Positions 60,599 to 64,000 of a stretch of DNA of 64,000 nucleotides are shown in pieces. The stretch lies in the NCBI RefSeq assembly GCF_009914755.1, contig NC_060928.1, one strand, 5' to 3'. The notes under the pieces are model-generated. The model did no database searches. It was not told where the DNA came from and worked only from the letters and a program-made list of their open reading frames with translations. The translations under genes were made by a program, and so were the position numbers. Numbering within the stretch: position 1 is the first letter of the stretch; every line of letters begins with the position of its first letter. Source of the DNA: the human T2T-CHM13v2.0 reference genome, Homo sapiens.

Positions 60599-61796
60599 GC
60601 TTTCCAGATCTGTGAACCAAGAAGATAATTATCAGTGGCAGGGAAAAGTTTCCTCATGAAAAACTGAAAGATAGTCTTAGCAAATACTGAGCTTGATATT
60701 GTCCTTGGCATATAAAAGTGATTTCTATCTTTGTGGATTAATATGTCTGAAAAGACAGATTGATGGCAGTTCTTACTCGATTGTGTACCTGTGAAAATTG
60801 CTCCCTGATTTTTCGGTCCGGCCATGTTCGGCAGAACCTATCTCTGTTTATGACAGTACTTCTTCGAGTAAAGACTCTGTGCAGATCTCAGGTCTTAAGA
60901 TTCATGAGTATTCATAATGAAAAAAAAAAGTCATATGTCAAGGTTGAGTAAAAACACGCTGCCTGTTTAGTGGTAAAGAAACACATTCATTCAGTGAAGA
61001 TTTTTAGTCATGCAGCACTGCACTGCCACAGAGTAATAGACCTAGAGGGTATTAATGTTCATCTGATTTAGAGGTCTTTACTGGCAATCTGTGAGTTAGG
61101 GGTGGCCTGCAGATAGGTTTGGTTTGGTAGGCACTGTGCATTTTAAACCAGTATTTTAAATTCCAGAGGTTTCATGTCAAAATCCAAATTTCCAGTTTCT
61201 CTTGAACCATCTGACCTCTTAGCAACAACAGGTCTTCATGACAGCAGTTGGCTGCATCTGAGTTGAGACTGTCCTCTGTAAGGGATGCTGGCGTTTGTGC
61301 TTGATCTGTCTCACTTTTGGTATTTGCCTTTCATTTGAGTTTAGTTAGTTCCGAACGAACTCTTTAAGTTTAGAAACGAGACAAGTGAGGCTCAGAGAGG
61401 TTAAGTAAGTTGTCTCCAGATGAACTCTGGGTCTAAGGCTTTTCCCACACACCAGTTATATTATTGTGGTTCTTGAAAGTAGTGGGCAGCCTACATTTTT
61501 TTGCAGGATATCCCTAAGTCTGGTAGTCTGACCTGTAACTGGGATTAGGGCTGCAGCTTTTAGTATTTAATAGAGGTTTTATGGATCGCCCAGAAATACT
61601 AGATGACTCCTTTAAATTATTTTTTGCAAACATAAACACATTCACAGAGTTTTAAGTAAGACTTTGAGGTTTATAAAGAAACTGAGCAGTTTCTTCTGCT
61701 ACTTATTCCAATATTTCTAAACAATGTGCTTAAATGGATATTTTAAAATATATTAAATATTACTCTAGGGATTTAATATTGCAACAACTATCACTT

Positions 61797-61841
61797 CACA
61801 CACACGTACGCGCGCACGCACATACGCGCGCACGCACACAC
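61797..61841. repeat. Mixed (CA)/(CG) alternating purine-pyrimidine microsatellite
   Basis: cacacacacgtacgcgcgcacgcacatacgcgcgcacgcacacac. Confidence 0.9.
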
Positions 61842-62993
61842 TTCTCTTCCTCCTTTCTCTTCCTAAAATAATTTTATCATAATTCTTGTTTAAATTTTTA
61901 TTTAACATTCATGACAATGTAAATATTCTTCACAGCTGAACCAAGTAGTCATTTCATGTGTTGAACCACACTGACATTTATTTTCTTGAACGATATTTTG
62001 CTTTGGTTTTGATTTAAAAATTGCCTTCCTTTTAAAGCTTTTTACGTACTTTTTTGTGCACCCATCACTTATTCTTCCTGAATTTTCCAACAAAATTTAA
62101 AATTTCCTCTTAATATGGTAACAACAATAACAACAACAGAGCTACATCAACAACCCCGTAAGGAAATCCCTCGTGTCCATTTCGCCCCTTGGAAGTGGCA
62201 CTCCCAGAGCCTCGGAGTTCTTGCTTCCTTTGGACTGGTGTATCTCCGGCTGCTGGGCAGCTTTTCTCCTGGGGTCCATACCTGGGGTCACCACGCCCTG
62301 GTAATCCCCTTTGTCTTTTTTCTTCTGTTTGATTTCTTGCTTCCTAAGTCCCATATATTTTTCTTTCTTAGTTTTCTCCCTCATTTTGATGAAGCACATA
62401 CTCCATAAGTTTCTTGAGAAACCACACACAGGAGACAGAATTTTTAAGGTATTGCATATTAGAAAAATATCTGTATTTTACCCTTTACTTGATACATAGT
62501 TTGAATAGATATAGAATTCTAGATTGGAGTATTTTTTTCTCAGAATTTTTTTTAAAACATTGGTCTATTTTCTTATAATTTCCAGTGTTGCTAGTAAGAA
62601 CTCTGATGTGAGTTTTTCCCCAATGTTTTTATGAACATAGTATTTTTTTCTTCTTTATGGATGCTTTTATGTTTTTACATTTGGCCCTAGTCTTCTGAAA
62701 TATTACCATCTCTGCCTTAGTTTGGATACTTTTACATTTAGTTTAGGAACTCATTAGGCCCTTTGAATTTGGAAATTTATATATTTCAGTTCTGGGGAGC
62801 ATTTTATGTGTTAGTTCCTTAATGATTTTTGCCCTTCTATTTTTTGTCTTTTCTTTCTAGAATTTATATTAGTTAAATATCAGAATTCTGGGGTTGATTC
62901 TCCGATTTGCTAATCATTTTTGCTCTTCTCTTCAACAGTGTGTCTATCATTCTGGGAAACTTTCTCACTTTTACCTTACATCTCTCCTATTGA

Positions 62994-63127
62994 TTTTTTT
63001 TTTTTTCCTGGAGATAGGGTTTCGCCATGATACCCAGGCTGGTATCAAACTCCTGAGCTCAAAGTGATCTGCCTGCCTCAGCCCCCTAAAGTGCTAGGAT
63101 TACAGGGATGAGCCACTGTGCCTGGCC
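62994..63127 (-). mobile_element. FLAM/Alu left monomer
   Basis: Antisense Alu monomer. Confidence 0.85.
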
Positions 63128-63164
63128 TGTTTTATTGATTAAAAAAAATTATACCTTTATACTT

Positions 63165-63540
63165 CATTTTCTTTTTTAATTTTATTTTTAAATTGACAAA
63201 TAACAATTATACATATTCATGGGGTACATAGTGATGCTTCACTACATATAATGTATAGTGATCAGATAAGGATAATTTGCATATCCATCACCTCAAACAG
63301 TTATTATTTCTTTGTATTGGGAACAGTGTCTTCTTTCTAGCTATTTGAAATATATAATATCCTACAGTGGTATAGAGCACTAGAACTTATTCTTCCTATT
63401 AGCTATAGTTTTACGTCCTTTAACAAATAGCTCCCTATTCCTTTCTTCTCCTCACCCTTCCCAGCCTCAAGTATCCTCTGTTCTACTTCTTACTTCTATG
63501 AGATCAACTTTTTCGCTTCCATATGAGTGAGAATATGCTT
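63165..63540 (-). mobile_element. L1MA-like 3' end
   Basis: attgacaaataa...catggggtacatagtgatg...tatgagatcaactttt...tatgagtgagaa. Confidence 0.75.
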
Positions 63541-64000
63541 ATATACTGTTAATTTTTTATTTCCCGAAGGCTTCTTTTTAATATTGTCCTGTTCTTTATT
63601 AGTGTGACATATGTTCTTGTCTCCTTGAGGATATTAATCAAATATTTTGAAAATTTCCTCTGCACCCTGCAGTTTCTGTTTCCTTCTTGTTCCTTTTTTC
63701 CCCAGTTAGTTTGTTTTGATCTTTGTTTTTCCTGTTGAAAGCTTTTCTCTAATGTCTGATGTATTTGGCTGTCCATTAATACTTTGCAGTGAGTCACTAG
63801 AAAGCCAATTAGAACTTTATGGACAGGGCTTGGAGGGCTTCCAAAGAATAGTTCCATGGAGCATTGGAGGGCTTCCAAGGAGCAGTAACCTGACAGTCTT
63901 GATGGGGCACCCCAAATGTCATTGACAGATATTACAGGGAGATTTTCTTTTCTCTAGAGGAGAAATTCATACCTCTTACCTTGAGAAGCAAATATAAACC

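Noticed and set aside
63820-63880. Direct repeat ttggagggcttccaa x2
   Set aside because: Only two copies inside decayed L1M-like sequence; not an array

Overview
Human/great-ape genomic DNA, Alu- and L1-rich. By protein recognition it is the NUDT9–SPARCL1 region (human 4q22.1). Three spliced genes can be assembled by hand. (1) The last five coding exons of NUDT9 (mitochondrial ADP-ribose pyrophosphatase, + strand, 2864-19059, AATAAA at 19357). (2) All ten coding exons of SPARCL1/hevin (- strand, ATG 60598 to TGA 34790; 1995 nt = 664 aa + stop). Non-coding exon 1 was not located and is probably beyond the right edge. (3) Between them, a micro-exon gene that the ORF track almost completely misses (- strand, about 31460 to 21840). 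Its phase-0 exons spell [88 protein letters not shown](NFSG)-K*. This is a secreted Pro/Gln-rich SCPP-family protein that I recognise as SCPPPQ1, so it is known but obscure rather than new. Its 12-nt exon 8 has GG where the AG acceptor should be. Other notable items: a TSD-flanked L1 3'-transduction carrying an HSMAR2 fragment (41040-41242), a full-length L1PA7/8-like element in sense orientation in SPARCL1 intron 7, two CTCF consensus motifs and a Z-DNA-like tract. Exon numbers, repeat subfamily names and repeat boundaries are by eye and approximate. Most ORFs in the supplied track are Alu/L1 artefacts.
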